Assembly (NCBI GenBank): GCA_039588275.1
Contig: JBDHAC010000065.1
Span: 1-22,892 of the forward strand
Direction: 5' to 3'
From: Gemmatimonadota bacterium
Lineage (GTDB): Bacteria > Gemmatimonadota > Gemmatimonadetes > Palauibacterales > Palauibacteraceae
Length of the DNA: 22,892 nucleotides
Part shown: positions 9,173 through 18,640 of the stretch, piece by piece
How the letters are laid out: the number at the start of each line of letters is the position of its first letter
Position numbering within the stretch: the first letter of the stretch is position 1
Position numbers and translations under genes: made by a program
The notes under the pieces: generated by a model
Seen by the model: the letters and a program-made list of their open reading frames with translations, nothing else
Databases searched by the model: none
What the model was told of the DNA's origin: nothing

Positions 9173-10975
9173 CTAGTCGTCCGAGACCTGGAGTACCGCC
9201 AGGAAGGCTTCCTGGGGAATCTCGACGGTGCCGACCTGTTTCATCCGCTTCTTCCCCTCCTTCTGTTTCTCCAGGAGCTTCCGCTTTCTCGTGATATCAC
9301 CGCCGTAGCACTTGGCCGTCACGTTCTTGCGCAGGGGTCTCACGCTGGTGCGGGCGATCACGTCGCGGCCGATGGCCGCCTGGATCGCGACCTGGAACAG
9401 CTGGCGCGGGATCAGCTCCTTGAGCTTGCGAGCCACCTTCCTTCCGTACTCGTACGCGTGTTCTCGATGGACGATGATGGACAGGGCGTCGACCGGATCC
9501 CCGTTCAACAGGATGTCCAGCTTGACGAGGTCGGATGCTCGATAGCCGGCCATCTCGTAGTCCATGGCCGCGTATCCGCGGGAGGCGGACTTGAGGCGGT
9601 CGTAAAAGTCGAGCACGATCTCCGCCAGCGGGATCTCGTAAGCGAGCTCCACGCGCTGCGGGTCCAGGTAGTGCATGGTCACGTAGGAGCCCCGGCGATC
9701 GTGGCACAGCTTCTGGATCCCACCGATGTACTCGGCCGGACATACGATCCGCACGCGGACGTGGGGCTCGGCGATCTCGTCGATCCGCCCGCGCTCGGGC
9801 ATGCGGCTCGGGTTCTCGACGCGTAGCTCTTCTCCGTTCGTGAGCCGGACCACGTACTCGACGCTGGGGAGCGTCGTGATCAGGTCCAGATCGAACTCGC
9901 GTTCGAGTCGCTCCTGGACGACCTCCATGTGGAGCAGCCCCAGGAACCCGCAGCGGAAACCGAACCCCAGCGCGACGGAGGTCTCCGGCTCGTAGTGGAG
10001 GCTCGCATCGTTCAGTCGCAGCTTTTCGAGCGCGTCGCGGAGCTCGGTGAACTGATCCGAATCCGTCGGATACAGTCCGGCGAAGACCATCGGCTTCGCT
10101 TCCCGGTAGCCGGGGAGAAGCTCCGTCGCGCGCCGCTCGGCGTCCAGCAGCGTGTCACCGACGCGCGTGTCGCCCACCCGCTTGATCTGTGCCGTGACGT
10201 ACCCGACCTCGCCGGTGAGGAGGGCCTCGGTGGGTTGGAAGCCGAGCCGCATGTAACCCACTTCGTCGACTTCGTACGTGGCCTCCGTCGTCCCGAAGCC
10301 GATCCGCATCCCGGGGCGTAACTCGCCATCCACCACGCGAATCATCGGGACGGCCCCACGGTAGCGGTCGTATTGCGAGTCGAAGATGAGCGCGCGCAGC
10401 GGCGCTCCGGGATCTCCTGCCGGTGCAGGGATTCGCTCGACGACGGCCGTCAGGACCTCATCGATGCCGCGACCCTCCTTGGCGGAGGTGAAGATGACCT
10501 CCGAAGCGTCGATGCCCAGCAGCTCCGCCACCTCCTCCGCGCAACCCTCGGGGTGCGCCGAGGGGAGATCGATCTTGTTGACGATCGGGATCACCTCGAG
10601 ACCCGCCTCGATCGCGAGGAACAGGTTGGCGAGCGTCTGCGCCTCGATGCCCTGACTGGCATCCACCACGAGCAGGGCTCCCTCGCACGCCGCCAGGCTG
10701 CGGCTGACCTCATACGTGAAGTCGACGTGACCGGGCGTATCGATCAGGTTGAGCTCGTACCGATCCCCGTCGTCTCTGCGGTAATCCATGCGGATCGCGT
10801 TCAACTTGATCGTGATCCCGCGCTCCCGCTCCAGATCCATCGAGTCGAGCACCTGCGCCACCATGCGGCGGGCCTCCACTGCCCCGGTCTGCTCCAGCAG
10901 ACGATCCGCAAGCGTGGACTTGCCATGATCGATGTGCGCGATGATCGAGAAGTTGCGAATGCGGTCGACCTTCAC
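9173..10975 (-). CDS. lepA: Translation elongation factor 4
   Basis: [37 protein letters not shown] and the C-terminal [28 protein letters not shown] start at 10975. Confidence 0.98.
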   Translation of the reverse strand: MKVDRIRNFSIIAHIDHGKSTLADRLLEQTGAVEARRMVAQVLDSMDLERERGITIKLNAIRMDYRRDDGDRYELNLIDTPGHVDFTYEVSRSLAACEGALLVVDASQGIEAQTLANLFLAIEAGLEVIPIVNKIDLPSAHPEGCAEEVAELLGIDASEVIFTSAKEGRGIDEVLTAVVERIPAPAGDPGAPLRALIFDSQYDRYRGAVPMIRVVDGELRPGMRIGFGTTEATYEVDEVGYMRLGFQPTEALLTGEVGYVTAQIKRVGDTRVGDTLLDAERRATELLPGYREAKPMVFAGLYPTDSDQFTELRDALEKLRLNDASLHYEPETSVALGFGFRCGFLGLLHMEVVQERLEREFDLDLITTLPSVEYVVRLTNGEELRVENPSRMPERGRIDEIAEPHVRVRIVCPAEYIGGIQKLCHDRRGSYVTMHYLDPQRVELAYEIPLAEIVLDFYDRLKSASRGYAAMDYEMAGYRASDLVKLDILLNGDPVDALSIIVHREHAYEYGRKVARKLKELIPRQLFQVAIQAAIGRDVIARTSVRPLRKNVTAKCYGGDITRKRKLLEKQKEGKKRMKQVGTVEIPQEAFLAVLQVSDD

Positions 10976-10976
10976 G

Positions 10977-11753
10977 TCACACCTCGACCGTGAGCCCGTC
11001 GTACGCGGCGCGGACCCCCGGCGGAAGTCGCGCATCCAGCTCGGCCTGGACGACACGGTGCGTGAGATGGGTCAGGTACGTCGTTTCCGCCCCGAGGCGT
11101 CGGCCCACCTCAATGGCATCCTCGATACTGAAATGCCCGGGATGCGGATCTCCGAACCAGAGCGCGTTGATCACCAGGGCGCGAACTCCTTCGAGCAACG
11201 GAATGGCGTCGTCGGGCACGGACTTCCCATCCACGACTACCGCCAGGTCGCCCGCGCGAAACCCGAAGCTACGATACACCCCGTGCGGAAAAGCGATCGG
11301 TATGAGGGGAAAGCCGCAGGCATCGATGGGCTCACGGTCCTCGAACAGGCACAGGTCGAGGTCGGGCACGGTCGACCATTGATTCGGGACCGAGCCCCGG
11401 TCCCAGATATAGGAGAAGCGGCTTCTGAGCTCCGCTTCGAACTCGCTCGCCACGTAAAGCGGGAGCGGAGCCCCCGCGCGCATGCTGAACACGCGCAGAT
11501 CGTCGATCCCGTGCGTATGATCCGCGTGCTCGTGAGACAGGAACACGCCGTCCACCCTCTCGACTCCGGCCTGCACGAGTTGAAGCCGGAGCTCGGGAGG
11601 GGTATCCACGAGCAGTCTGCAACCGGATTGCTCGACCAGCAGCGAGTGGCGCGTGCGTCGGTCACGAGGGTCGTCCGAAGAGCACGCAGGGCATCGGCAC
11701 CCGATGACGGGCACACCGAAGGACGTCCCCGTGCCCAGGAAGGTGACCTTCAA
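10977..11753 (-). CDS. MBL-fold metallo-hydrolase (PhnP/YycJ-like)
   Basis: [30 protein letters not shown] (HxHxDH), THLTH and AYDGL motifs. Confidence 0.92.
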   Translation of the reverse strand: MKVTFLGTGTSFGVPVIGCRCPACSSDDPRDRRTRHSLLVEQSGCRLLVDTPPELRLQLVQAGVERVDGVFLSHEHADHTHGIDDLRVFSMRAGAPLPLYVASEFEAELRSRFSYIWDRGSVPNQWSTVPDLDLCLFEDREPIDACGFPLIPIAFPHGVYRSFGFRAGDLAVVVDGKSVPDDAIPLLEGVRALVINALWFGDPHPGHFSIEDAIEVGRRLGAETTYLTHLTHRVVQAELDARLPPGVRAAYDGLTVEV

Positions 11754-11788
11754 CGAAGTACGCCGGGCAGGAGCTCCAGGTGGCTCAA

Positions 11789-13228
11789 CTACAGCTCCTC
11801 GATCCGCATCATGTTCGTGGTCCCGGTGACGTGGAAGGGAACGCCAGCCGTAACGACGAAGCGCTGCCCGGGGTCCCCGAGGCCTTGCTCCAGAGCGACT
11901 TCCTTCGCGCGCGCAAGCATGCTGTCGTAGTCCACGTCACCGCGAAAGAGGATCGGCTCGACACCCCAAACGAGTGCCAACTGGTTGAACGTGCGCCATT
12001 GATCGCTCACCGCGAGGATCGGAACGCCCGGTCGCTGCGCGGAGACGATCCGCGCCGTGTAGCCGCTTCGCGTGAAAGTCGCCACGAACGGTGACCCGAG
12101 GCGCCGCACCGCTTCCATGGCGGCGGCCGCGACCGCACCCGACATGGACTGCTGTACGTCGGCGAGCCTGTCCGCTCGCCGGGTGACGCTGTAGAAGCGC
12201 CCGTGACGCTCGTGTTCGATGCGGCGGATGATGCGATCCATGGCCTCGACGGCCTCGACGGGGTACTCGCCGGCGGCGGTCTCGGCGGAGAGCATGACGG
12301 CGTCCGTCCCGTCCAGCAGCGCGTTCGCCACGTCGGAGACCTCCGCCCGTGTGGGTCTCGGGTCACGGGTCATCGACTCGAGCATCTGAGTCGCCGTGAT
12401 CACCGGCCGGGCGCGGTTCTGTGCGAGTCGTATGACCCGTTTCTGCGCCATCGGCACTTCCTCGTAGGGCAGTTCGACGCCCAGGTCGCCGCGTGCCACC
12501 ATCACGCCGTCGGTCGCCGGGAGGATCTCATCGAGCCGCTCCAACGCCTGCGCCTTCTCGATCTTCGCGATCAAGAGCGTTCCGGCGTCCGCCGCCACCC
12601 GTGCCTCCTGTACATCTTCGAGACTTCGCACGAAGCTCAGGGCCATGTAATCGAAGCGTTGCGCGCGAGCGAACTCGAGATCCTCCCGATCCTTGTCCGT
12701 CAGGCTCGGTGTTCCAACCTGGACGCCGGGCAGATTGATCCCTTTCTGCGAGGTGAGGGAGCCGCCGACCCGCGCCTGTGCCATGACCCAGTGCTCTCGC
12801 GTCTCGCGCACGAGGAACTCGAGGCGCCCGTCGTCCAAGAGTATCCGGTTCCCCGGCTCGACCTCGGAGGCGAGCTCGGGATAGGTCGTCGGAATCAGGC
12901 GGTGGGGCTCGCACGCCGTCGGTGCGTCGTACCCCTCGGGCACGAAGCAGTAGTCTCGCTCGATCTCGATCTCGAGGGTCTCGCCCAGATCGCCGACCCG
13001 GATCCTCGGGCCCTGGAGGTCGCCGATCACCGCGAGGGGGCGCCCGGTGGTGCGAACGGTATCGCGAGCCAGCGATACGAGATCGGCCGCCCAGGCGTGA
13101 GAGGCGTGGGAAAAGTTGATTCGGACCGCGTCGATTCCGGCTTCGACGAGCTGCCCGAAAACCGACGGATCCCGGCTGGCGGGACCGATAGTGGCGACGA
13201 TTTTGGCTCTACGGAATCCGGCGCTCAT
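11789..13228 (-). CDS. pyk: Pyruvate kinase
   Basis: KIVATIGPAS, RINFSH, DLQGPRIR, AKIE, MVARGDLGVE, TQMLESM and PTRAEVSDVANA motifs. Confidence 0.98.
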   Translation of the reverse strand: MSAGFRRAKIVATIGPASRDPSVFGQLVEAGIDAVRINFSHASHAWAADLVSLARDTVRTTGRPLAVIGDLQGPRIRVGDLGETLEIEIERDYCFVPEGYDAPTACEPHRLIPTTYPELASEVEPGNRILLDDGRLEFLVRETREHWVMAQARVGGSLTSQKGINLPGVQVGTPSLTDKDREDLEFARAQRFDYMALSFVRSLEDVQEARVAADAGTLLIAKIEKAQALERLDEILPATDGVMVARGDLGVELPYEEVPMAQKRVIRLAQNRARPVITATQMLESMTRDPRPTRAEVSDVANALLDGTDAVMLSAETAAGEYPVEAVEAMDRIIRRIEHERHGRFYSVTRRADRLADVQQSMSGAVAAAAMEAVRRLGSPFVATFTRSGYTARIVSAQRPGVPILAVSDQWRTFNQLALVWGVEPILFRGDVDYDSMLARAKEVALEQGLGDPGQRFVVTAGVPFHVTGTTNMMRIEEL

Positions 13229-13258
13229 TCACGGCCGCGGTGGAGCCCCGGGCCGCAG

Positions 13259-13597
13259 CTATCGAAGCGGGACGCGCGAACTCGCGGCTTCCAGGAGGTC
13301 GGGTCGATGTGCCGCGATCCATTCATGCATCCGCTGCAGCTGGCCCAGCGGGAGTTTCTCGAGCGATTTCACTTGTAGGCCGGGGATGATACAGGCGGCG
13401 GCGCGGCGCAGAAAGTAGGCCCGCTGACGGGCTCGTTGCTCGGAGCTGAGGCTCGTCCCTCCGGGAACGTCGGGAATCGGCTCCATCAACCTGCGGTAGC
13501 TGTAGGCCTCGCGGGCCGAGAACTCCTGCGGGATGAAGTACGGTTTGCCTTCGAGCTCGAAATCGCCTTCGGCGGTAATGGCGATGCCACGTGCCAT
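13259..13597 (-). CDS. Hypothetical protein (112 aa)
   Basis: AAGGAG RBS before ATG 13597. Protein-like composition. Co-oriented 30 bp upstream of pyk. Confidence 0.75.
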   Translation of the reverse strand: MARGIAITAEGDFELEGKPYFIPQEFSAREAYSYRRLMEPIPDVPGGTSLSSEQRARQRAYFLRRAAACIIPGLQVKSLEKLPLGQLQRMHEWIAAHRPDLLEAASSRVPLR

Positions 13598-13786
13598 AAC
13601 GAAGCTCCTTAACCGAGTATTACGTCGACGTGAGACGGTCGATCGGCTGGAGGGTACCGCCAGTATAGGCGGAATAGAGGGTCCGATGCAAACGGATTCG
13701 CGTGCCCGGCGCGGTCCGCCGAGCGTCGAGTGACCCCTCCGCGGAGCTCTGGCCGGTGCGTCAGGCGCTCCGCTCCGGCTCGCCGC

Positions 13787-13815
13787 TTGAAGGTTGCCGC
13801 GATCGTCCTTACCTT
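13787..13815 (+). promoter_or_regulatory. Sigma70-like promoter upstream of the cold-shock gene leader
   Basis: TTGAAG (13787-13792), 17-bp spacer, TACCTT (13810-13815). Confidence 0.5.
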
Positions 13816-13860
13816 GCGTTTCGATGGGTGGCAGGGTGGTGTGGTGGCGCAGGTCTACGA

Positions 13861-13895
13861 GGCCCGTTCCGGCGGAGGCCGGCGGGTCGTTTTTT
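13861..13895 (+). terminator. Intrinsic terminator-like hairpin in the csp 5' leader
   Basis: GGCCCG-TT-CCGGC-GGAG-GCCGG-CGGGTC followed by G and T6. Confidence 0.65.
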
Positions 13896-14010
13896 GTCTC
13901 GGGGCATCTCCCGCCTCCGCCCGCCCGACGCGGCGGTCCCACCAGGGCTGACCGGTCCAAGCACGGCAGAAGTGTCGTACGACGGGTTCCGTATGAGGAG
14001 GAGGCGTGCA

Positions 14011-14364
14011 ATGTCGCGTGAGACGGGGAAGGTGAAATGGTTCTCGAACGAGAAGGGGTACGGGTTCATCGAGCGTGACGGCCTGGCCGACGTCTTCGTA
14101 CACCATTCGGAGATCCAGATGGACGGGTTCCGGACGCTGGACGCCGGCGAGCCCGTCGAATTCGATCTCATCAGCAGTGACAAGGGCCCCAAAGCCAGAC
14201 ACGTGGTGCGCGCAGAGCACGTGGGGGCAGCCGTGAGCGCCGGAAACGGGGCATCGACCTCGGTGGGGAACCCACTTAACGGGGATCATGAGTCGTCCGA
14301 GGACTCGCCCACGCTGACCGAGCAGATCAAGTCGAAGTTCGGCCGTCGTCTCTTCGGTAGCTGA
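14011..14364 (+). CDS. Cold-shock domain protein with C-terminal extension
   Basis: [15 protein letters not shown] (RNP1), DVFVHHSEI (RNP2) and KGPKA motifs. Strong GGAGG RBS. Confidence 0.95.
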   Translation: MSRETGKVKWFSNEKGYGFIERDGLADVFVHHSEIQMDGFRTLDAGEPVEFDLISSDKGPKARHVVRAEHVGAAVSAGNGASTSVGNPLNGDHESSEDSPTLTEQIKSKFGRRLFGS

Positions 14365-14526
14365 GGGAGGGATGCCGAGGCTCATTTCATGGCGCGGACG
14401 TAGCGCGGCCCGACCAGCGACCCGGATTCGGTGTCGACGATCAGATACGAGTCGGATCCGGGCCGCGACGCCCGACCGACGGGATCCGACGTCTGAACTC
14501 GACCGAGCCGACCGCTCGAGCTTCGG

Positions 14527-14556
14527 TTGACCAGAGCGCTCGAGGGCGGTTATTTT
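14527..14556 (+). promoter_or_regulatory. Sigma70-like promoter for rpsU
   Basis: TTGACC, 18-bp spacer, TATTTT, in an AT-rich patch about 85 bp upstream of the start. Confidence 0.45.
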
Positions 14557-14641
14557 TTTTGTTTAGCGATATTTGGCTCTGAGTCAGGGCAGCCGTGCAT
14601 CCGGATGCCGCTCACGCGAGCCTCACATGGGAGGAGCTGTA

Positions 14642-14839
14642 TTGGAGTACATACTCCGTGAGAATGAGGAGCTCGACCGTGCGCTGAGGAAGTTCCGGCG
14701 CAAGGTGCAGAGGGCCGGCATATTCCGGGATATCAAGAAGCACCGCTTCTACGAGAAGCCGAGCGAGGCGAGGCGCCGCAAGGCCAAGGCTGCCGAGCGC
14801 AGGCGGCGCAGGCGCCGTCGGAGAGCCGCCGGGCGCTAG
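14642..14839 (+). CDS. rpsU: 30S ribosomal protein S21
   Basis: ENEELDRALRKFRRKVQRAGIFRDIKKHRFYEKPSE signature. TTG start after GGAGGAG. Confidence 0.95.
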   Translation: MEYILRENEELDRALRKFRRKVQRAGIFRDIKKHRFYEKPSEARRRKAKAAERRRRRRRRRAAGR

Positions 14840-14884
14840 GCCTCACCCACCCCACATCACCACATTCGCACGAAGTCGCCCCGG

Positions 14885-15274
14885 CTAGGGGCGACAGGCC
14901 ACGACCCCCGCGGTCTGGGCGTACGACCGGGGCGGGTCCACAGATCCCACGAAGACCGCACACTCGGCGTCCCCGGTGTCTACGGTCCCGAGAGCGGAGA
15001 ATCCGTCTCTTCCCGCATCGAGGATGTCGATGAGAACGCCCGGAGACGGCGTGAAGGCCAAGCGCGCCATGTCGAGGGCGTAGCGATCGTTCTCGCTCCA
15101 GTAGGCGTCCTGCGCGCGGATCAACTCCTCGAGATCCGCCCGGATCGTAGCCTCGGTCTGCCGGAGTCGAGAGGGATCGGGCCGAGCGGTCTCCGACTCG
15201 ACGAAGGCGGGGCGCCGACAGGTCCCGGCGAAGCTCAGCCCCAGGACCGCGATCCAGATTGTCATCTTCCTCAT
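14885..15274 (-). CDS. Exported protein with type IV pilin-like globular domain
   Basis: Signal peptide MRKMTIWIAVLGLSFAGTC, helix IRADLEELIRAQDAYWSENDRY, and a C-terminal Cys pair (ECAVFVG...GVVAC). Confidence 0.65.
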   Translation of the reverse strand: MRKMTIWIAVLGLSFAGTCRRPAFVESETARPDPSRLRQTEATIRADLEELIRAQDAYWSENDRYALDMARLAFTPSPGVLIDILDAGRDGFSALGTVDTGDAECAVFVGSVDPPRSYAQTAGVVACRP

Positions 15275-15334
15275 AGCGTTCTTCCTCAGGCTGTCGACCC
15301 GACCTTCGGCAGAAGGGAGCCGCGCTGCGATGCG

Positions 15335-16567
15335 CTATGCGGGCTGTGAGAGCCCGAACCTCCGCTCCACATAGGCGTCCAGGATCTCGATAAACTCCTC
15401 GACGATCCGGTCTCCGCGAAGCGTCGTGCTGTGTTCGCCGTCGACGTAAACCGGCGCGCTCGGCTCCTCGAAGGTTCCCGGGAGCGAGATCCCTATGTCC
15501 GCGTGCTTCGATTCTCCCGGTCCGTTGACGACACAACCCATCACGGCGACCGCAAGGCTCTCGACACCCGGGTATCGATCCCGCCACCGGGACATCCGGC
15601 GAGCGATATGACCCTGCACTTCGAGGGCGAGCTCCTGGAAGAACTCGCTCGTGGTTCGGCCACAACCCGGGCACGCGGTCACCTGCGGCTGGAAGCTGCG
15701 GAGTTCCAGCGACTGCAGGACTTGCTGGGCGACGCGCACTTCCTCGGCCCGATCGGCGCCCGGCTCGGGCGTTAGTGAAACTCGAATCGTGTCCCCGATC
15801 CCCTCCATCAGGAGAAGAGCGAGCGCCGCCGCTGAGGCGACGACGCCCTTGCGACCCATGCCCGCTTCGGTAAGCCCGAGATGCAGTGGATACTCGCAGC
15901 GAGACGCGATCTCTCGGTATACGTGGACCAGATCCGGGACGCGCGACAGCTTGGCGCTCAGGATGATCCGGTCGTGCGGAAGTCCGACCCGCTCGGCGAA
16001 GGCGGCGGAGGCGAGGGCGCTCTCCACCATCGCAGCCAACGTCACGGCATGCGCATCGAGCGGGTCATCCCGGTCGGCGTTTTCATCCATCATCCGGGTC
16101 AGCAGCGCCTGGTCGAGCGATCCCCAATTCACGCCGATCCGGACCGGCCTATCGTGCTCGATGGCGCACTCGACGATTTGGGCGAAGTGCGCGTCCCACG
16201 TGGTCTTGCCCACGTTTCCGGGATTGATGCGGTATTTCTCGAGCGCTCGGGCGCAGTCCGGATGGCCCGGCAGGAGAATGTGTCCGTTATAGTGAAAATC
16301 TCCGACGATCGGGACGGGAGCGCCCGCCTCCCTCAGGCGGTCGACGATCTTCGGTACCGCAATCGCGGCTTCCGACGTATTCACCGTCACGCGAACGAGC
16401 TCGGACCCGGCTTCGTACAGCTGGGTCACCTGGCGGACGGTCGCTTCCACATCGCCCGTGTCCGTGTTCGTCATCGACTGGATGACGATCGGGTGATCGC
16501 CACCGACCGGGACGTCGCCGACCCGCACCGTGACCGTCTGTCTGCGAGGAACCGCGCTGGTCGTCAC
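15335..16567 (-). CDS. ispG: (E)-4-hydroxy-3-methylbut-2-enyl-diphosphate synthase
   Basis: [45 protein letters not shown] and [10 protein letters not shown] motifs. Confidence 0.98.
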   Translation of the reverse strand: MTTSAVPRRQTVTVRVGDVPVGGDHPIVIQSMTNTDTGDVEATVRQVTQLYEAGSELVRVTVNTSEAAIAVPKIVDRLREAGAPVPIVGDFHYNGHILLPGHPDCARALEKYRINPGNVGKTTWDAHFAQIVECAIEHDRPVRIGVNWGSLDQALLTRMMDENADRDDPLDAHAVTLAAMVESALASAAFAERVGLPHDRIILSAKLSRVPDLVHVYREIASRCEYPLHLGLTEAGMGRKGVVASAAALALLLMEGIGDTIRVSLTPEPGADRAEEVRVAQQVLQSLELRSFQPQVTACPGCGRTTSEFFQELALEVQGHIARRMSRWRDRYPGVESLAVAVMGCVVNGPGESKHADIGISLPGTFEEPSAPVYVDGEHSTTLRGDRIVEEFIEILDAYVERRFGLSQPA

Positions 16568-16725
16568 CTGCCCTCGTGGAATCGAACGGTGGACGTCGAA
16601 CCGGAGGCCGGCTCGGCCGGTCTCCAGACATGACCTTGAGCCGTGCCGCGCACCGAGGAATCTATCCGGCGCGGGCCGAGGCCGGAAACGACGGCAGGTC
16701 GCGGAAGACCTCTCAGCGACCCGCC

Positions 16726-16756
16726 AAAAAAAACCCCGGCCGGGTCTTGGCCGAGG
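16726..16756 (-). terminator. Intrinsic terminator at the host/element junction
   Basis: The minus strand reads CCTCGGCC-AAGACCC-GGCCGGGG followed by T8. Confidence 0.7.
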
Positions 16757-16769
16757 CTGATCGTTTGAG

Positions 16770-16790
16770 CCGGTGTCGTCTCGACACCGG
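16770..16790. repeat. Perfect 9-bp inverted repeat
   Basis: CCGGTGTCG-TCT-CGACACCGG. Confidence 0.7.
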
Positions 16791-16833
16791 AGCTACCGCG
16801 CCCAACCACACACCCCGAAACGATTTCGCGAAA

Positions 16834-16858
16834 GATGGTACACATTGATGGTACACAT
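16834..16858. repeat. Tandem 12-bp direct repeat, candidate tyrosine-integrase arm-type sites
   Basis: GATGGTACACAT at 16834-16845 and 16847-16858, at the switch from core genes to accessory genes. Confidence 0.65.
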
Positions 16859-16868
16859 AAGGGGGGCG

Positions 16869-17183
16869 ATGAGCGTGTGGCAACAGTTCTGGACCGAACA
16901 ACGCGAGCATGTCGAGGAGCTGGCCGCGCTGGACGATGGCGTGCCGTCGATCCTGCGGGCCGTGCGCGACCTCGAGCCGGACGATGATGACGATGACGGC
17001 TCCGCGTGGGGCGACCTGACGGTTGAGCTTGAGAGTGCGCCCCGGCCGGCGCTACAGGAATGCCTGGCGCTGTTGGAGGACATGGCGGACCCGTTGGTCC
17101 CGCAGCTCAAGCCGTACCGGTCGGTGCTGGCCGCGATCGTGGACCTCGTGCGGGCGGAGTTGGACCCACGGCTCGCGGCGTGA
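16869..17183 (+). CDS. Small acidic hypothetical protein (104 aa)
   Basis: AAGGGGGG before ATG 16869. Helical amphipathic pattern and a D6 run. Confidence 0.7.
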   Translation: MSVWQQFWTEQREHVEELAALDDGVPSILRAVRDLEPDDDDDDGSAWGDLTVELESAPRPALQECLALLEDMADPLVPQLKPYRSVLAAIVDLVRAELDPRLAA

Positions 17184-17231
17184 CGGTGCTCCCAAGCTGG
17201 AACTGACGCTTCGAGCGACGACTCGATCCGG

Positions 17232-17951
17232 TCAGTTCAGCGCCTCGAAGGTGAACGGCTGCTCAAGCCACACCGCAGTGACCCGGTCGCGGTTCATGGC
17301 CGGGGTGAAGTGCATGGCCGAGGCCACGGTCTGCGCCGCCCTATCCAGCCCGTTGTAGCCACTCGATTCGGCGACCCGGATGTCTTGGACATCTCCGTTT
17401 TCATCCACGTAGATCCACAACAGGACCGTGCCGCTGATGCCGGCGTCCTGCAGTGCTCGCGGGTAGACCTGCCGAAGCAGCGCCAACACCTCTTCCCGGT
17501 TCCTGAGCCGGGGCGCCACCGTATAGGGGATGAACTCGGGGCGATCGGCGTCGGTCGCGACCACCGCGGGCGGCGGACCTAAGTTCTCGGCCGGGTTGTC
17601 CTCGAAGGTCGTTGGGGCAATGGTGAGATCCTCGCGCACGTCAACCGCCGCCACCCTAGGCGTCGCGGGTCGCGCGATCTGCTCCGGCGGGGGAGGGATC
17701 TCCACTTCGGGCGGTAGGTCCACCGCAGCCATCACTTCGCCCGCTACCGCGATCGTGGCCACGTCGAAGCGCGGCATCATCTCGAAGATCATGAAATGCG
17801 CGATGACCGCACCGATAACGGCCACCGGTAAGGTAGGCCTCTTCTTGAACCGGTCGTTCGCCGAGGCCAACCCCTGGATCGAGGGCTTGGCCGACGGGGG
17901 TCGCAACCTGAGCACGGGCTGCTTCGCCGAACCAAACGGGAGTTTGTGCAT
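17232..17951 (-). CDS. Energy transducer TonB family protein
   Basis: TM segment ending AVIAHF (conserved His), Pro-rich linker, then YPRALQDAGISGTVLLWIYVDENG...SSGYNGLDRAA...FTPA TonB C-terminal domain. Start uncertain. Confidence 0.9.
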   Translation of the reverse strand: MHKLPFGSAKQPVLRLRPPSAKPSIQGLASANDRFKKRPTLPVAVIGAVIAHFMIFEMMPRFDVATIAVAGEVMAAVDLPPEVEIPPPPEQIARPATPRVAAVDVREDLTIAPTTFEDNPAENLGPPPAVVATDADRPEFIPYTVAPRLRNREEVLALLRQVYPRALQDAGISGTVLLWIYVDENGDVQDIRVAESSGYNGLDRAAQTVASAMHFTPAMNRDRVTAVWLEQPFTFEALN

Positions 17952-18059
17952 GCGTGCAACCGATGCCCTTCCCAATCGATCGCCGCTTCATTCAATCCTC
18001 GCTCCCGTGACCCTTCATCCTTGAGACACCGTGAATCATCGAAAGGATGTTTCGAGGAG

Positions 18060-18254
18060 GTGAGACAGGTTGGGAGGCTCACCCTACGGGCGACGCGGCT
18101 TGCGCGCTATTGCGCGGTGGCGAAGGCGGAAGGTGAGAACGCGTCGGAATGGGCGCGCGCGATCCTACTCCGCGAGGCGCGCGAGGCGTTCCGGTCCACG
18201 CTGCGCCGGGCGAGCGAGGCGCGGGAGGACGTACGGGATCGGGTGTTCGCATGA
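18060..18254 (+). CDS. Small ribbon-helix-helix-like DNA-binding protein
   Basis: VGRLTLR strand, helix LARYCAVAKAEG, then NASEWARAILLREA, which is an RHH pattern. GTG start inferred. Confidence 0.55.
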   Translation: MRQVGRLTLRATRLARYCAVAKAEGENASEWARAILLREAREAFRSTLRRASEAREDVRDRVFA

Positions 18255-18310
18255 ACGTCGATCTGACCCCAGAAGAACACGAGCGCGAGACCGCCCCTAT
18301 CGTGCCCTCC

Positions 18311-18640
18311 CTACAACACTCTACGCTTCTCTGCGACCGCCGCTTCCAGCGCATCGCCCGCCTGTGCGAGCTGTTCGGACCGGTCCCGCAGATACGCCGC
18401 CAGCTCGCGGGCCGCGGCGAGCGTGATCCGCAGCCTGCCGTCCGCGTACTTCTCCCACGAGCTGCGACTGCGGCTCGTCCCATTGGTCAACTCGACGAGC
18501 GTCACCAGTGAGAGCGCCTCTCGGAACCGATCCTCGAAGGAAAACAGCCGGGAGCACCGCGAGCACGATGTTCGGACGGCGGCGTCCGGCGGGCGGGAGA
18601 ACGATTCTGTGAGGCAAGGCTCGATCCGTCTCCAGTACAA
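18311..18640 (-). CDS. HTH-like DNA-binding protein with C-terminal coiled coil; start uncertain
   Basis: FEDRFREALSLVTLVELTNGTSRSRSSWEKYADGRLRITLAAARELAAYLRDRSEQLAQAGDALE resembles an XRE/Cro-type HTH. In-frame TTG at 18640; the frame is open to 18847. Confidence 0.55.
   Translation of the reverse strand: MYWRRIEPCLTESFSRPPDAAVRTSCSRCSRLFSFEDRFREALSLVTLVELTNGTSRSRSSWEKYADGRLRITLAAARELAAYLRDRSEQLAQAGDALEAAVAEKRRVL

Noticed and set aside
14418..14466. Imperfect inverted repeat CCCGGATTCGG...TCGGATCCGGG after the csp gene
   Set aside because: Probably an ordinary 3' stabilising or terminating hairpin. It has no U-tract or other distinguishing feature.
16570..16592. GGAATCGAAC, the reverse complement of a tRNA T-loop motif
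   Set aside because: There is no flanking T-stem or acceptor stem. It lies in the ispG ribosome-binding region.
1744..16633. Many long alternative-frame and antisense ORFs in the ORF track
   Set aside because: They are Arg/Pro/Ala-rich shadows expected in high-GC DNA and overlap well-supported genes.
16791..16804. Minus-strand GGCGCGGTAGCTC resembling a tRNA 5' end
   Set aside because: The following sequence forms no D, anticodon or T arm, and there is no TTCG loop or CCA end.
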